DNA of 64,000 nucleotides from Alphaproteobacteria bacterium (GTDB lineage Bacteria; Pseudomonadota; Alphaproteobacteria; Micavibrionales; UBA2020): NCBI GenBank assembly GCA_041287865.1, contig JBGGMV010000028.1, positions 100,964 to 164,963 of the forward strand, read 5' to 3'. Shown piece by piece: positions 1 to 8,380 of this stretch (position 1 is its first letter; each line of letters starts with the position of its first letter). The notes under the pieces were generated by a model. It saw only the letters and a program-made list of their open reading frames with translations, ran no database searches and was not told where the DNA came from. The position numbers and the translations under genes were made by a program.

Positions 1-2
1 TG

Positions 3-398
3 ATCGTCGTGCTGATCGCGGCGGCGATACTGGCGCTCGGCTATGTCTTCGCCGTGCTGATCCGCTTCGCCATTTCAAGGAAACGAGAATTTCTGGCCGA
101 CGCCGGCGCGGTCGACCTGACCAAGAACCCCGCCGCCATGATGCGCGCGCTGCAGCGTATTTCGGGGCAGGATAAAGTACAAGGCATGCCCGACGAAGTG
201 CAGCAGATGTGCATCGAGAACAGCCACAACTTCATGGGCATCTTCGCCACCCACCCGCCGATTGCCGAGCGCATCCGCGTGCTGTCGCAAATGACCAATA
301 CCCCCATCCCGCAATGGGGCGTCGACCTCTCCCGCGGCCCCCGCAGGCCATGGGACCACAACAGGCCGCCGGATACGCCGGGGAGTTACGGGTTTTGA
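3..398 (+). CDS. htpX: M48 family zinc metalloprotease HtpX, C-terminal part (5' truncated by window edge)
   Basis: SRKREFLADAGAVDLTKNPAAMMRAL and FATHPPIAERIRVL are characteristic M48/HtpX C-terminal motifs; frame is open from the window start. Confidence 0.85.
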   Translation: MVVLIAAAILALGYVFAVLIRFAISRKREFLADAGAVDLTKNPAAMMRALQRISGQDKVQGMPDEVQQMCIENSHNFMGIFATHPPIAERIRVLSQMTNTPIPQWGVDLSRGPRRPWDHNRPPDTPGSYGF

Positions 399-410
399 TT
401 TATAAATGTA

Positions 411-430
411 ACTCCGGCGAAGGCCGGAGT
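411..430. repeat. REP-like palindrome with GAAG loop
   Basis: ACTCCGGC-GAAG-GCCGGAGT, perfect 8-bp stem just downstream of htpX. Confidence 0.6.
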
Positions 431-494
431 CTCAGGTCGTTGAAGAGCGCATCTCTTACTTTAACGTCCAACTCTTTGATAGGATGCTGTGCAC

Positions 495-1202
495 ATGAGA
501 AAAATTACAAGGACACAATTTTCCTTTGGGCGATCAACTTGTTTAACAGTAATCTCCGCGCTCATTTTGACGATAACGTGCATTATATCAAGCAAGATTG
601 CGCGAAGTGCAGAGGATTATACCCACCCTGCCCTGTCCTGCGAATCCAACGTGGATTCAGGTACACTTTACTATGATTTTGACGCTCTCTTTATCGTGTT
701 TACAAGTTACGATGTTAAGCAGAAAGATGTTTTGCCGATACTAGAGTATAAAAACCTTCGAGACCTTCTAGTTACCTCATTAAAAAACAATTTTAGAAAT
801 TGCTTGAAAAAGCGCCTCAACCAACCAAAACCGGTTGTGGTGTTTGCGCCATTTTCAGAGGACGGAAAGAAAAGCCAAATAGGCGAAATTAAGGAAGACG
901 GAAATTTATCATACGAAACTAAGTATTCATGGAAAGACATCCACGACCCAGACAATTTAACTATCGTTATTCGCATGTCTTATCCTGAAGCGCATAGCGA
1001 TGAGCGATATGGGTTGCTGTCCTATTTCATTTATCGACCAGAAGTGTCTTTTTTACAAATGCGCTTGCCGCAAAACAATAACAGTGGCTCAATCGCTTTT
1101 TTCGACAAAGACGGGGAAGACGCAGTGAAGTCCGCTTTCAAAAAGTTGTTCGATTCTATTAGGCCGCGTGAGCCACGCCCGCCTTTGAACGCCAGACCAT
1201 AG
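495..1202 (+). CDS. Hypothetical exported or membrane-anchored protein, AT-rich (235 aa)
   Basis: Long ORF in AT-rich DNA; AGGA upstream of ATG 495; N-terminal hydrophobic segment CLTVISALILTITCIISS. Confidence 0.65.
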   Translation: MRKITRTQFSFGRSTCLTVISALILTITCIISSKIARSAEDYTHPALSCESNVDSGTLYYDFDALFIVFTSYDVKQKDVLPILEYKNLRDLLVTSLKNNFRNCLKKRLNQPKPVVVFAPFSEDGKKSQIGEIKEDGNLSYETKYSWKDIHDPDNLTIVIRMSYPEAHSDERYGLLSYFIYRPEVSFLQMRLPQNNNSGSIAFFDKDGEDAVKSAFKKLFDSIRPREPRPPLNARP

Positions 1203-1248
1203 CTGTATCAACGGGCTCTGAATAAATTGAAAAATCTTTCTCCCTCCA

Positions 1249-1357
1249 CCCCGCCGAAGGGCGGGGTCCGGTTCGCGGCACAGCCGCGACTTAATCGAGC
1301 AGCAAGTAACATGAAGGCGGCCTTACGGCCGCACCGGATGCCGCCCTTCGGCGGCAT
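1249..1357. repeat. Inverted pair of GAAG-loop palindromes (CCGCCGAAGGGCGG)
   Basis: CCCCGCC-GAAG-GGCGGGG at 1249-1266 and ATGCCGCC-CTTC-GGCGGCAT at 1338-1357 share an identical 14-mer in opposite orientation. Confidence 0.6.
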
Positions 1358-1613
1358 GGCAGAGCTGTAAATTTGATTTTTACGACGCCAAAAAACAGCC
1401 CTTTCGCAAGCGGTTGATTTTGTTTTCTGATTTTAAACGCCTGTTTTGGGGCGCGTTGCGGCGAAGTATTTGAATTTCCTGCATTCACGCTCGCGGCTCA
1501 CGCTTGGCGTGGTATCGGGGCAGGGTTTTTATCCTTCCCGAGGGCAATAGGCCTCCAAAATTTTTGAGAAATGAACAAAATCAAGGGGCATCGCGCGCGG
1601 CGCGTTTTTTGGT

Positions 1614-2450
1614 TTACGCGCGCCCGAAAACGCCGCCGATTTGCTTCGCAAGGCCGCGTTTGGGCTTTTTCACCCGCAGGGGTTTTTTCTTTACCTGCAC
1701 GTCGTTTTTCAGTCTCGTGGCCAGTTCGTCCGGGCCCAGCACGGCGGCGCGGGCGAAGTCTTCGGGGAATTTGTTTTTCAGGCCTTCCAGCCATTGCACG
1801 CGTTCATGCGCGGGGGCCTCCGCGATTGTATCCAGCTGGTAGTAAAACGCGCGTTCCAGCGCGGGCAGGCCTTCGACTTCAAAATGGGTGAGCTGACGCG
1901 GTTCATTCTCGCGCGCCCGCGCTTCGCGCCATTCGCGGGTGACCTTGCGGCCGGTGCCGATATTCATCAGCGCGCGGGGGCCTGCGGCGCAGGCGCCCGC
2001 AAGGCAGAGCGCGGCAGGCGCCGCCACCATCGTCACGGCGGAGACAAGCGGGAAGAACGCAAGGCCCGCAAGGGCGCAGGGCGCAAGCGCGGCAAGACCC
2101 GTCAGCGCGGGCGCGAAGATCAGCTTGGCCGCAAGCCCGCCCGCAATCAGGGAGCCCGTATGCAGGCCCATCAGGCAGAAGATATTCTTGAAGGGCAGCA
2201 TGCCCGCCCGCGCCGTGTCGCGCAGGAAAATGCCGGCCGGCATGGTTTTATAGGCGCGCGGGCCGCTGCAATAATTTATGCCCAGCGTTTCGATTTTATC
2301 CAGCCTTTTGGCAACCGCGCGCGGCACGGACTCGAGCAGGAAATCGGACGTGGTTTTAATCACCCGCGCGTAAAGGCGGAAATTGGGCAGGATGAAATGG
2401 TCGTAGGTGCTGCGGCCCGCCTTGGCCACGAAACCGGCGAGAGTTTTCAT
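1614..2450 (-). CDS. Hypothetical hydrophobic-hairpin protein, family A, candidate T4BSS effector
   Basis: Gly/Ala-rich TM segments; ERVQWLEGLKNKFPEDF module; tail LKNDVQVKKKPLRVKK; ATGA overlap with upstream paralogue. Confidence 0.8.
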   Translation of the reverse strand: MKTLAGFVAKAGRSTYDHFILPNFRLYARVIKTTSDFLLESVPRAVAKRLDKIETLGINYCSGPRAYKTMPAGIFLRDTARAGMLPFKNIFCLMGLHTGSLIAGGLAAKLIFAPALTGLAALAPCALAGLAFFPLVSAVTMVAAPAALCLAGACAAGPRALMNIGTGRKVTREWREARARENEPRQLTHFEVEGLPALERAFYYQLDTIAEAPAHERVQWLEGLKNKFPEDFARAAVLGPDELATRLKNDVQVKKKPLRVKKPKRGLAKQIGGVFGRA

Positions 2451-3217
2451 GGCGCGCCCCCCTGCCCCGTATCGGGCGTTGGCGCGGGCGCGCGGAGTTT
2501 CAGCGGGCCTTTCACCGTGACGGGCGCGCGCAGCACGGGCGCATGCGCGTCGAGATGCGCGGCCTCGTTGAATTCGGCGGGGAAGCGCTTGCGCAAAGTG
2601 CGGAAGAAAGCTTCGCGCGCGCGACCGTTCTGCAGCCCGATCAGGCTGAGGTGATTGTCAAGTGAGTCGGTGAGCGGCGGATGTTTCGGCGGTTCCGGCA
2701 CGGTGACTTTCGGCGGGTTCATGCGATACTGGCGGCAGAGCTCCGCTTCGCGGAAACCCTTTGCCAGCATGGTGGGCCAGCAGATCGTCGCCGCCGCGGC
2801 CATCGGCAGCAGGATACTGCAGCCGACGCCGATTGCGGTTGCGACCAGCGGCGCTGTGACAACACCGGCGGCAAGGGCAGCCGCAGCCGCCAGAATTCCC
2901 TGACCACCCAGCAAGGCCGCTGTGCCCGTGGCCGCGTAAAAGCCCGAAGTAACCCCAGCCGCAAGTCCGCCCAGCATCAGCACAGGGCTGTAGGAAGTGG
3001 TCATTGCCTCGCGCACCGCGCCTGTCTTGCGCGCAGGCATCGCCAGCGTGGCAGCAACCACGTCGCGCCAGCCGTAGGTGTCGCGCGGGCTGTCGTCATG
3101 CTGCGCGCAGGCGTCGAGTTTTTTCGACAGCCAGCCGCCGATATCGAGGGCGCTCATCATCAGCATCGTGAAGTAAGCGTTGCCGAGATCGCTCCAACCC
3201 TTTTCCCTTACCGCCAT
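2447..3217 (-). CDS. Hypothetical hydrophobic-hairpin protein, family A, candidate effector
   Basis: GGGAGG RBS before ATG 3217; REAFFRTLRKRFPAEF module; tail VLRAPVTVKGPLKLR. Confidence 0.8.
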   Translation of the reverse strand: MAVREKGWSDLGNAYFTMLMMSALDIGGWLSKKLDACAQHDDSPRDTYGWRDVVAATLAMPARKTGAVREAMTTSYSPVLMLGGLAAGVTSGFYAATGTAALLGGQGILAAAAALAAGVVTAPLVATAIGVGCSILLPMAAAATICWPTMLAKGFREAELCRQYRMNPPKVTVPEPPKHPPLTDSLDNHLSLIGLQNGRAREAFFRTLRKRFPAEFNEAAHLDAHAPVLRAPVTVKGPLKLRAPAPTPDTGQGGAP

Positions 3218-3340
3218 GCGAGGCCTCCCGCGCCGCAACTGCGCCGCGTTTCCGCCTGATATGGATCGTGCCGCAAAACTGTCATCGGGCCCCTGAAGAT
3301 CTCCGGCCCTCCATGGGAAGGCCTTGAAAAAACTGGAACA

Positions 3341-3369
3341 ATAATACCCGATACCCCCTGTTGCGTCAA
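3341..3369 (-). promoter_or_regulatory. Sigma70-like promoter for the 3217 gene
   Basis: TTGACG-N17-TATTAT on minus strand. Confidence 0.5.
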
Positions 3370-3415
3370 TGATTATGGTAAATAAATGAACGGCGCAACA
3401 GACCGGCGGCCGTCC

Positions 3416-4195
3416 TTAATTCGGCAGGTTTTTCAGGTCGTTAGCGGCGCGGCGCGCGGCGGCGGGGACGGCTTCGCGCTTTTCGGTTTTGCGCGCGGCT
3501 TCGAGGAATTCCTCGGGGAAGTGTTTGGCAAGGCCGTAAATCCAGTTCGCGCGCTCGCCGGGCGTTGATTTTTCAGCGAGTTTTTCATCATCAAACACCG
3601 CCTGGCAGAGCGGGCCGAGGCTGCTTTTCTCTTCCTCCTGCGCGCGCTCCTCGTTGTATTTCTGCTGCTCGAAAAAATTCCTGCGGCGGCTGTAGCCGAC
3701 CGGAATATTGCAGATGGCGCGGAAGCCTTCAGCCGCCGCGCGCGGCACGGCCCGTGCCGCCGTCAGGCAGATCGCGCCGACGGCTGCGGATACGGGCAGC
3801 GCCGCCGCCGCCGCGATGCAAGTGACGGCAAAGCCGGCGCCGAGCAGCGGTCCCGCGCCCATCACCAGCGCCGTCCCCGCCGCCACCGACAATAATTTGC
3901 TCACAAATCCGCCGCGCATCCTGTGGCGCAGGCTGCGCGCCATGCCGCAGATGAAAACGGCCTTTGGCGTGATCTTGTGGCTGTTGGCGGAATCATGTTC
4001 CTGCATCGCCTCGCCTTTTTCATCCAGCTTGCGCAGCCAGCCGTCGAGCTTCTCGGCAAGGCCATGGGCGAAGAAACGGCTGACAGGACCATAGAGCTGT
4101 GCCAGGAAATCCGGCCCGAAGGACGGCGGGGGGAGCGAGTCCTCGTAATCCTCGCGCCTGTAGAAACGGGAGCCGACGTGGTTGTAATACGTCAT
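3416..4195 (-). CDS. Hypothetical hydrophobic-hairpin protein, family A
   Basis: TM-rich core; ERANWIYGLAKHFPEEF module; ATGA overlap with upstream paralogue; lacks the KPLKLK tail. Confidence 0.8.
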   Translation of the reverse strand: MTYYNHVGSRFYRREDYEDSLPPPSFGPDFLAQLYGPVSRFFAHGLAEKLDGWLRKLDEKGEAMQEHDSANSHKITPKAVFICGMARSLRHRMRGGFVSKLLSVAAGTALVMGAGPLLGAGFAVTCIAAAAALPVSAAVGAICLTAARAVPRAAAEGFRAICNIPVGYSRRRNFFEQQKYNEERAQEEEKSSLGPLCQAVFDDEKLAEKSTPGERANWIYGLAKHFPEEFLEAARKTEKREAVPAAARRAANDLKNLPN

Positions 4196-4974
4196 GCCGC
4201 ACCGCCCAGACGATCCATCAGCGTTTTCTTTTTCTGCTGGAACTTTATCTTTACCGGCTTCATCACCTGCACCTTGTCGCGCAGCACGGTATCGGTATCG
4301 GTGCGGCGCACGGCTTCGGCGAATTCATCCGGGAATTTCGCCTGCAGGCGGCGGAAGAGCTGCTCGCGCTCGTGCTGGCCCTGCTCCGTCATTTCCTCTT
4401 TGGTGGCTTCGGCGGCGATCACCAGCGGATGCGGCTTTGCCACGGTTGATTTCGATTCCTGCTTCCATTCCTTCGTCTCGGCACAGCCGGCGATGTATTC
4501 TGCCTTGATTTCTTTCCAGTTGCGCGCGATGAGCACGCCGGATGGTATCGCCAGCAGGGCTGTAAAGGACGTCGCCGCCACGGCAAACGGCGCCACTGCC
4601 GCGCCGATGCCGAGCGTGCCGAGGCCGAGCGCAGCGCCTTTCAGCGTCAGCAGCCCGCCCCATGTCGCGCCCAGCCAGGGCCCCGCGAAGCACATGGCGG
4701 TGATGCCGACTGCAATGCCGACAATGCCGCAACCGATCGCGCAGCCAAGACCGATGCTTTCGTTGTTGTCGATAAAATCCCAGATTTTGGCGAGCTGTTT
4801 GGCGACCGCGATGCCGGGCCGCGTGCGCCAGGCGGTGCGCGGATTGTCCGGCTTTTTCCGCGAGACTTCGTCCATCTTCTCGTAGAACAGCGCGGTCAGC
4901 GCGATGCCGCCGGCGATGTAACCGATCGCCGCTATTTCGCCGATATCATCCCATTCGACTTCGGAACTTCTCAT
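4192..4974 (-). CDS. Hypothetical hydrophobic-hairpin protein, family A, candidate effector
   Basis: Start chosen because MRSSEVEWDDIG aligns with paralogue MAVREKGWSDLG (alternative ATG at 5004); EREQLFRRLQAKFPDEF; tail VLRDKVQVMKPVKIK. Confidence 0.8.
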   Translation of the reverse strand: MRSSEVEWDDIGEIAAIGYIAGGIALTALFYEKMDEVSRKKPDNPRTAWRTRPGIAVAKQLAKIWDFIDNNESIGLGCAIGCGIVGIAVGITAMCFAGPWLGATWGGLLTLKGAALGLGTLGIGAAVAPFAVAATSFTALLAIPSGVLIARNWKEIKAEYIAGCAETKEWKQESKSTVAKPHPLVIAAEATKEEMTEQGQHEREQLFRRLQAKFPDEFAEAVRRTDTDTVLRDKVQVMKPVKIKFQQKKKTLMDRLGGAA

Positions 4975-5025
4975 GCGGGCGACGGCCTTTTTACGGTGCG
5001 GCATCAGGGGTTAAAACGATAGGGG

Positions 5026-5054
5026 ATATTAACCATGGTTAAGTATTATGTCAA
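5026..5054 (-). promoter_or_regulatory. Sigma70-like promoter containing palindrome TTAACCATGGTTAA
   Basis: TTGACA-N17-TAATAT; 14-bp palindrome at 5029-5042 overlaps the spacer and -10. Confidence 0.55.
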
Positions 5055-5200
5055 CTGAATATTTCCCTGCTTTTAAACGCCTTTGCGAAAAAATACATTT
5101 AAAAACAGTATATTAAGCGCCAATCGGCAAGACTTGCATTCCTCTGTTATTTTCCATATAATCGTATATTCGTTTTTATCAGGGGAATCGCTTCAAACAG

Positions 5201-6214
5201 ATGCCAAAAACCGCTGCCCATTACCTGAAGAAAGCATGGCTGGCCACGACGCTGGCCATCACGCTGACGACCGGCATGGCGCAGGCGCAGACCCCACGCC
5301 CGCAACCCCAGCCGCAGGAACAAACCTATAGCGACGCCGTGCAGGGATTGCAGACCGAATTCAACAAGACGGTGCTGGGCCGCAACCTGCTGCTCTTCGC
5401 GCAGCAATATGGCGTCACGTTTTCGACCGACGCGACGCTGGCCACGCGCAACCGCAAAGCCGAGTACGATTTCAACACCTCCAATGTCTCGCTGCACCCA
5501 CGCCTTTCGCCCGACGAGCTGGCGATGACCGGCGCGCATGAAGTGCGCCATGCCTATCAGCACAAGAAAATGCAAGCCACGCAGCTGGAGGGCACGCTGA
5601 TCAACCCCTGGCAGCGCTGGGTTCTGCGCCGCTACCTCGAGGGCGACGCGCTGGCCTATGGCGGTTTCTTCGGTGCGGACCGCCTTGAAAAAGGCCTGCC
5701 CACGGGCACGGGCTTCGGCCGGGAAGGCATGGCCGCCGAGATCGCGATGCGCCTGCGCGGCGAGCTGCAGTTCAGCCGCGACGGGTTGACGCCGACGGAA
5801 TACCTGAGGCTGGCCTTCGAGCCCGCCATGGGATCGCTGGAACCCTACAACAACAACCACCTGTCTTATATTACCGAGCAGATCACGCAGTTCGAACGCG
5901 ACGTGCGCGACGCCGCAAACGGCAACCGCCAGAAACTGCAGGATTTGAAGATGCGCATGGCCGCCACGCCGACCGATGCGCAGTTCGAGGCAAAGCTCCG
6001 CCAGTTCGGCACGCTCGCCCGCGATTTCATGCCGCTGCAGAACGCCTCGCAGCAAGCCCTGCTGCAGGACTACCCGCGCCTTGGCACCGCCGGTTTCGAG
6101 CAGAAACTGGACAGCGAGATGCAAAAACTGTCCGAGCGCCATAATGCAGCCATGCGCCAGCTGCAGGAACTGACCCGCAAGGCCAGCCCCGCAGCACCAC
6201 GCCCGCGCGCGTAA
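5201..6214 (+). CDS. Secreted HExxH zinc metallopeptidase-like protein
   Basis: Signal peptide ending GMAQA; AHEVRHAYQH followed by RYLEGDALAY (candidate third ligand Glu); similar to 48432-49694. Confidence 0.75.
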   Translation: MPKTAAHYLKKAWLATTLAITLTTGMAQAQTPRPQPQPQEQTYSDAVQGLQTEFNKTVLGRNLLLFAQQYGVTFSTDATLATRNRKAEYDFNTSNVSLHPRLSPDELAMTGAHEVRHAYQHKKMQATQLEGTLINPWQRWVLRRYLEGDALAYGGFFGADRLEKGLPTGTGFGREGMAAEIAMRLRGELQFSRDGLTPTEYLRLAFEPAMGSLEPYNNNHLSYITEQITQFERDVRDAANGNRQKLQDLKMRMAATPTDAQFEAKLRQFGTLARDFMPLQNASQQALLQDYPRLGTAGFEQKLDSEMQKLSERHNAAMRQLQELTRKASPAAPRPRA

Positions 6215-6332
6215 ATCCGCATTTTTCACAACACTCCCGCTTTGCCCTAATCATCATCCGCCGCAACCTTTGGCAATTCCCGCAAGCTTCGCGCATAATC
6301 ATGAATGACGTGTCGCCACGAAGGGGATTTTT

Positions 6333-7589
6333 ATGCGCCTGTTGCTGTTCTGCCTGATGTTCTGCGCTGCATTGCTATTTGTCCCGACCCAAAGCAAGGC
6401 CTGCTGGTGCCCGCCTCAACCTGAAGACAAGTTCTATAAAGAAGCCGCTGTCGTCTTCACGGCCAAAGTTATCGAGAGAGTGGATGGGAAAGATCGCGGT
6501 TCAAAAAAAATGCTGGCGCGCGTCGACAAAGTATACAAAGGCAAACCCACCGAAGAGGTTTATCTGCGGAGCGCTACCGAAACAGACTGCGGATCTAACC
6601 TAAAGGAAGGTATAAAGTATCTGGTTTACGCCGGACAGCTGGATAAAGACACTTATAATGTCAGCCATTGCACTGGTACGTATCCGTTGAGAGATAATGA
6701 CCCACGCATAAAAGCTGATATCGCCGTTATGGAGGACAGGCGGCGGCAGATTGACGCGCTTGGCGACGCTATCGCCCAGAACCCACAGCAGGAACGGCTG
6801 CTGCTGAAAACCATGGCCGAGCATGAAGTTTACTGGCAGGATCATGCCAATGCAGAAGATAGCCTGCGTCGATTAATCCAGCTGCAACCGGATGATTCAT
6901 GGACGAGGATACAGCTGTTCCATGCCCTGTTCGGGCAAAAGAAGGCGCAGGAAATCTGGGATTTGTATGAGAGCAGTAAGAAAGAAATCAAGGGCATGCC
7001 ACGCGAAGAGATCATGGTTGCAGTCAGTTTTGCAGCATTCGAGCTAGGCAAGGATCTAGGCGAATTCTTCGGCTACAGCTTGAAGGGAACGCGCCTAGCC
7101 GATAAGGACCTGCGCAAGCGTAAATTCAGGAGCCTGTCGGTCCAGGACAGCCCGTGGGAAAATGTGGATTTCAGCGATGCCCGCTTCGAATACGTAACAT
7201 GGCGAAAAAGCATCGTGCAAAAAAGTAATTTCAGCCGCGTGGCAGTCAAAAACGGCTATTTTGATGATTCTAACCTTTGGGAGGTCAACTTCAGCGGGGC
7301 GCATTTTGAAAGCATGACGGCAAAGGACACCCGTTTTAAGTACTCTGATTTTGCGGGTGCAAATCTTAACGGCGCACAAATTTCAGGGTCGGACTTCTAT
7401 CACGCGGGACTTGCGGGCGCCGAGCTGAGAAACGCAAAGATAAAAGACACCAGCTTCAAAAAAGCGGATATCAGCGGCGTAGATTTTACGGGGGCTATCT
7501 TGGAGGGGGTAGACTGGACGGATGTGATCTATGACTGCAAAACCATAGGCGCGCCATTGCCACCCAAGGTCTGTCCCTCGGCCCCCTAG
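6333..7589 (+). CDS. Secreted protein: TIMP/NTR-like domain + helical (TPR-like) region + pentapeptide repeats
   Basis: Signal peptide ending SKA then CWCPP; AAVVFTAKV, VDKVYKG, DCGSNL, KYLVYA, SHCTGT match the TIMP-like pattern; C-terminal A(D/N)FxxA pentapeptide repeats. Confidence 0.75.
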   Translation: MRLLLFCLMFCAALLFVPTQSKACWCPPQPEDKFYKEAAVVFTAKVIERVDGKDRGSKKMLARVDKVYKGKPTEEVYLRSATETDCGSNLKEGIKYLVYAGQLDKDTYNVSHCTGTYPLRDNDPRIKADIAVMEDRRRQIDALGDAIAQNPQQERLLLKTMAEHEVYWQDHANAEDSLRRLIQLQPDDSWTRIQLFHALFGQKKAQEIWDLYESSKKEIKGMPREEIMVAVSFAAFELGKDLGEFFGYSLKGTRLADKDLRKRKFRSLSVQDSPWENVDFSDARFEYVTWRKSIVQKSNFSRVAVKNGYFDDSNLWEVNFSGAHFESMTAKDTRFKYSDFAGANLNGAQISGSDFYHAGLAGAELRNAKIKDTSFKKADISGVDFTGAILEGVDWTDVIYDCKTIGAPLPPKVCPSAP

Positions 7590-7627
7590 CCCCTTTACAA
7601 ACACCTCATGCTGCGGGATGCTGATGT

Positions 7628-8380
7628 ATGCGTGTGTTTTTAATCGGATTTGTTATCGCCCTTGCTTTCTCGCTGCCCTATATCGCGCAGCTGCGGGAGT
7701 GGGATCCGCCGTCGGGGCTGAGCCTGCTGTATATTCCCTGCACGGGGCTTAATTACATCATCACCATGTTCCATGAACTGGGCCATTTCTTTACGGCATG
7801 GTTCTTCGGCTCCATGGCTGTGCCGGCCTTTGACTTCGTTCATGGCGGCGGCGTGACGCCGACGTCGGAACGCAGCATGATCGTGCTGGGGCTGGTCTAT
7901 GTCGGTTTTGCCTATACGCTCTGGTTACAATGGAAGGGCGGCGAGATGCGGATGTTCGCCATCATCGCCGGCGTTGCCGCACTGCATATCATCGCCAGCC
8001 TGACGAAATGGCACGATATCATCTTTTTCTACATGGGCCATGGCGGCGAGATGCTGGTGGCGGGTTTCTGCATTTTCCGCGCGACGCTGGACTGGCCGAA
8101 CGACGCGCGCGGCAGGGCTGAGAAATACCTGAACATGGTCTTCGGGCTTTACACGCTGATGCACAACCTCATCATGAACGTGGGCCTGATGACCAGCGCC
8201 GAAATGCGCAACCGCTACGCCAATGCCAAGGGCGGCCACCTGATGATGGATTTCGACCGTATCGCCGAGGAGCTGAACACGAAGGTGCAATATGTGGCGG
8301 GATTTTCCACGCTCTTCCTGATCCTCTGCACCGCGCTGATCGCATGGCTGGTCATCACAAAGCCATGGGAAGACGCGTGA
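7628..8380 (+). CDS. Membrane metallopeptidase, M50-like
   Basis: Polytopic; FHELGH followed by GGGVT; distal MDFDRIAE. Confidence 0.7.
   Translation: MRVFLIGFVIALAFSLPYIAQLREWDPPSGLSLLYIPCTGLNYIITMFHELGHFFTAWFFGSMAVPAFDFVHGGGVTPTSERSMIVLGLVYVGFAYTLWLQWKGGEMRMFAIIAGVAALHIIASLTKWHDIIFFYMGHGGEMLVAGFCIFRATLDWPNDARGRAEKYLNMVFGLYTLMHNLIMNVGLMTSAEMRNRYANAKGGHLMMDFDRIAEELNTKVQYVAGFSTLFLILCTALIAWLVITKPWEDA

Noticed and set aside
1291-1613. Short ORFs 1291-1488, 1504-1842 and 1571-1891
   Set aside because: Low-complexity translations across palindromic or AT-rich intergenic DNA, or antisense to the 1614-2450 gene.
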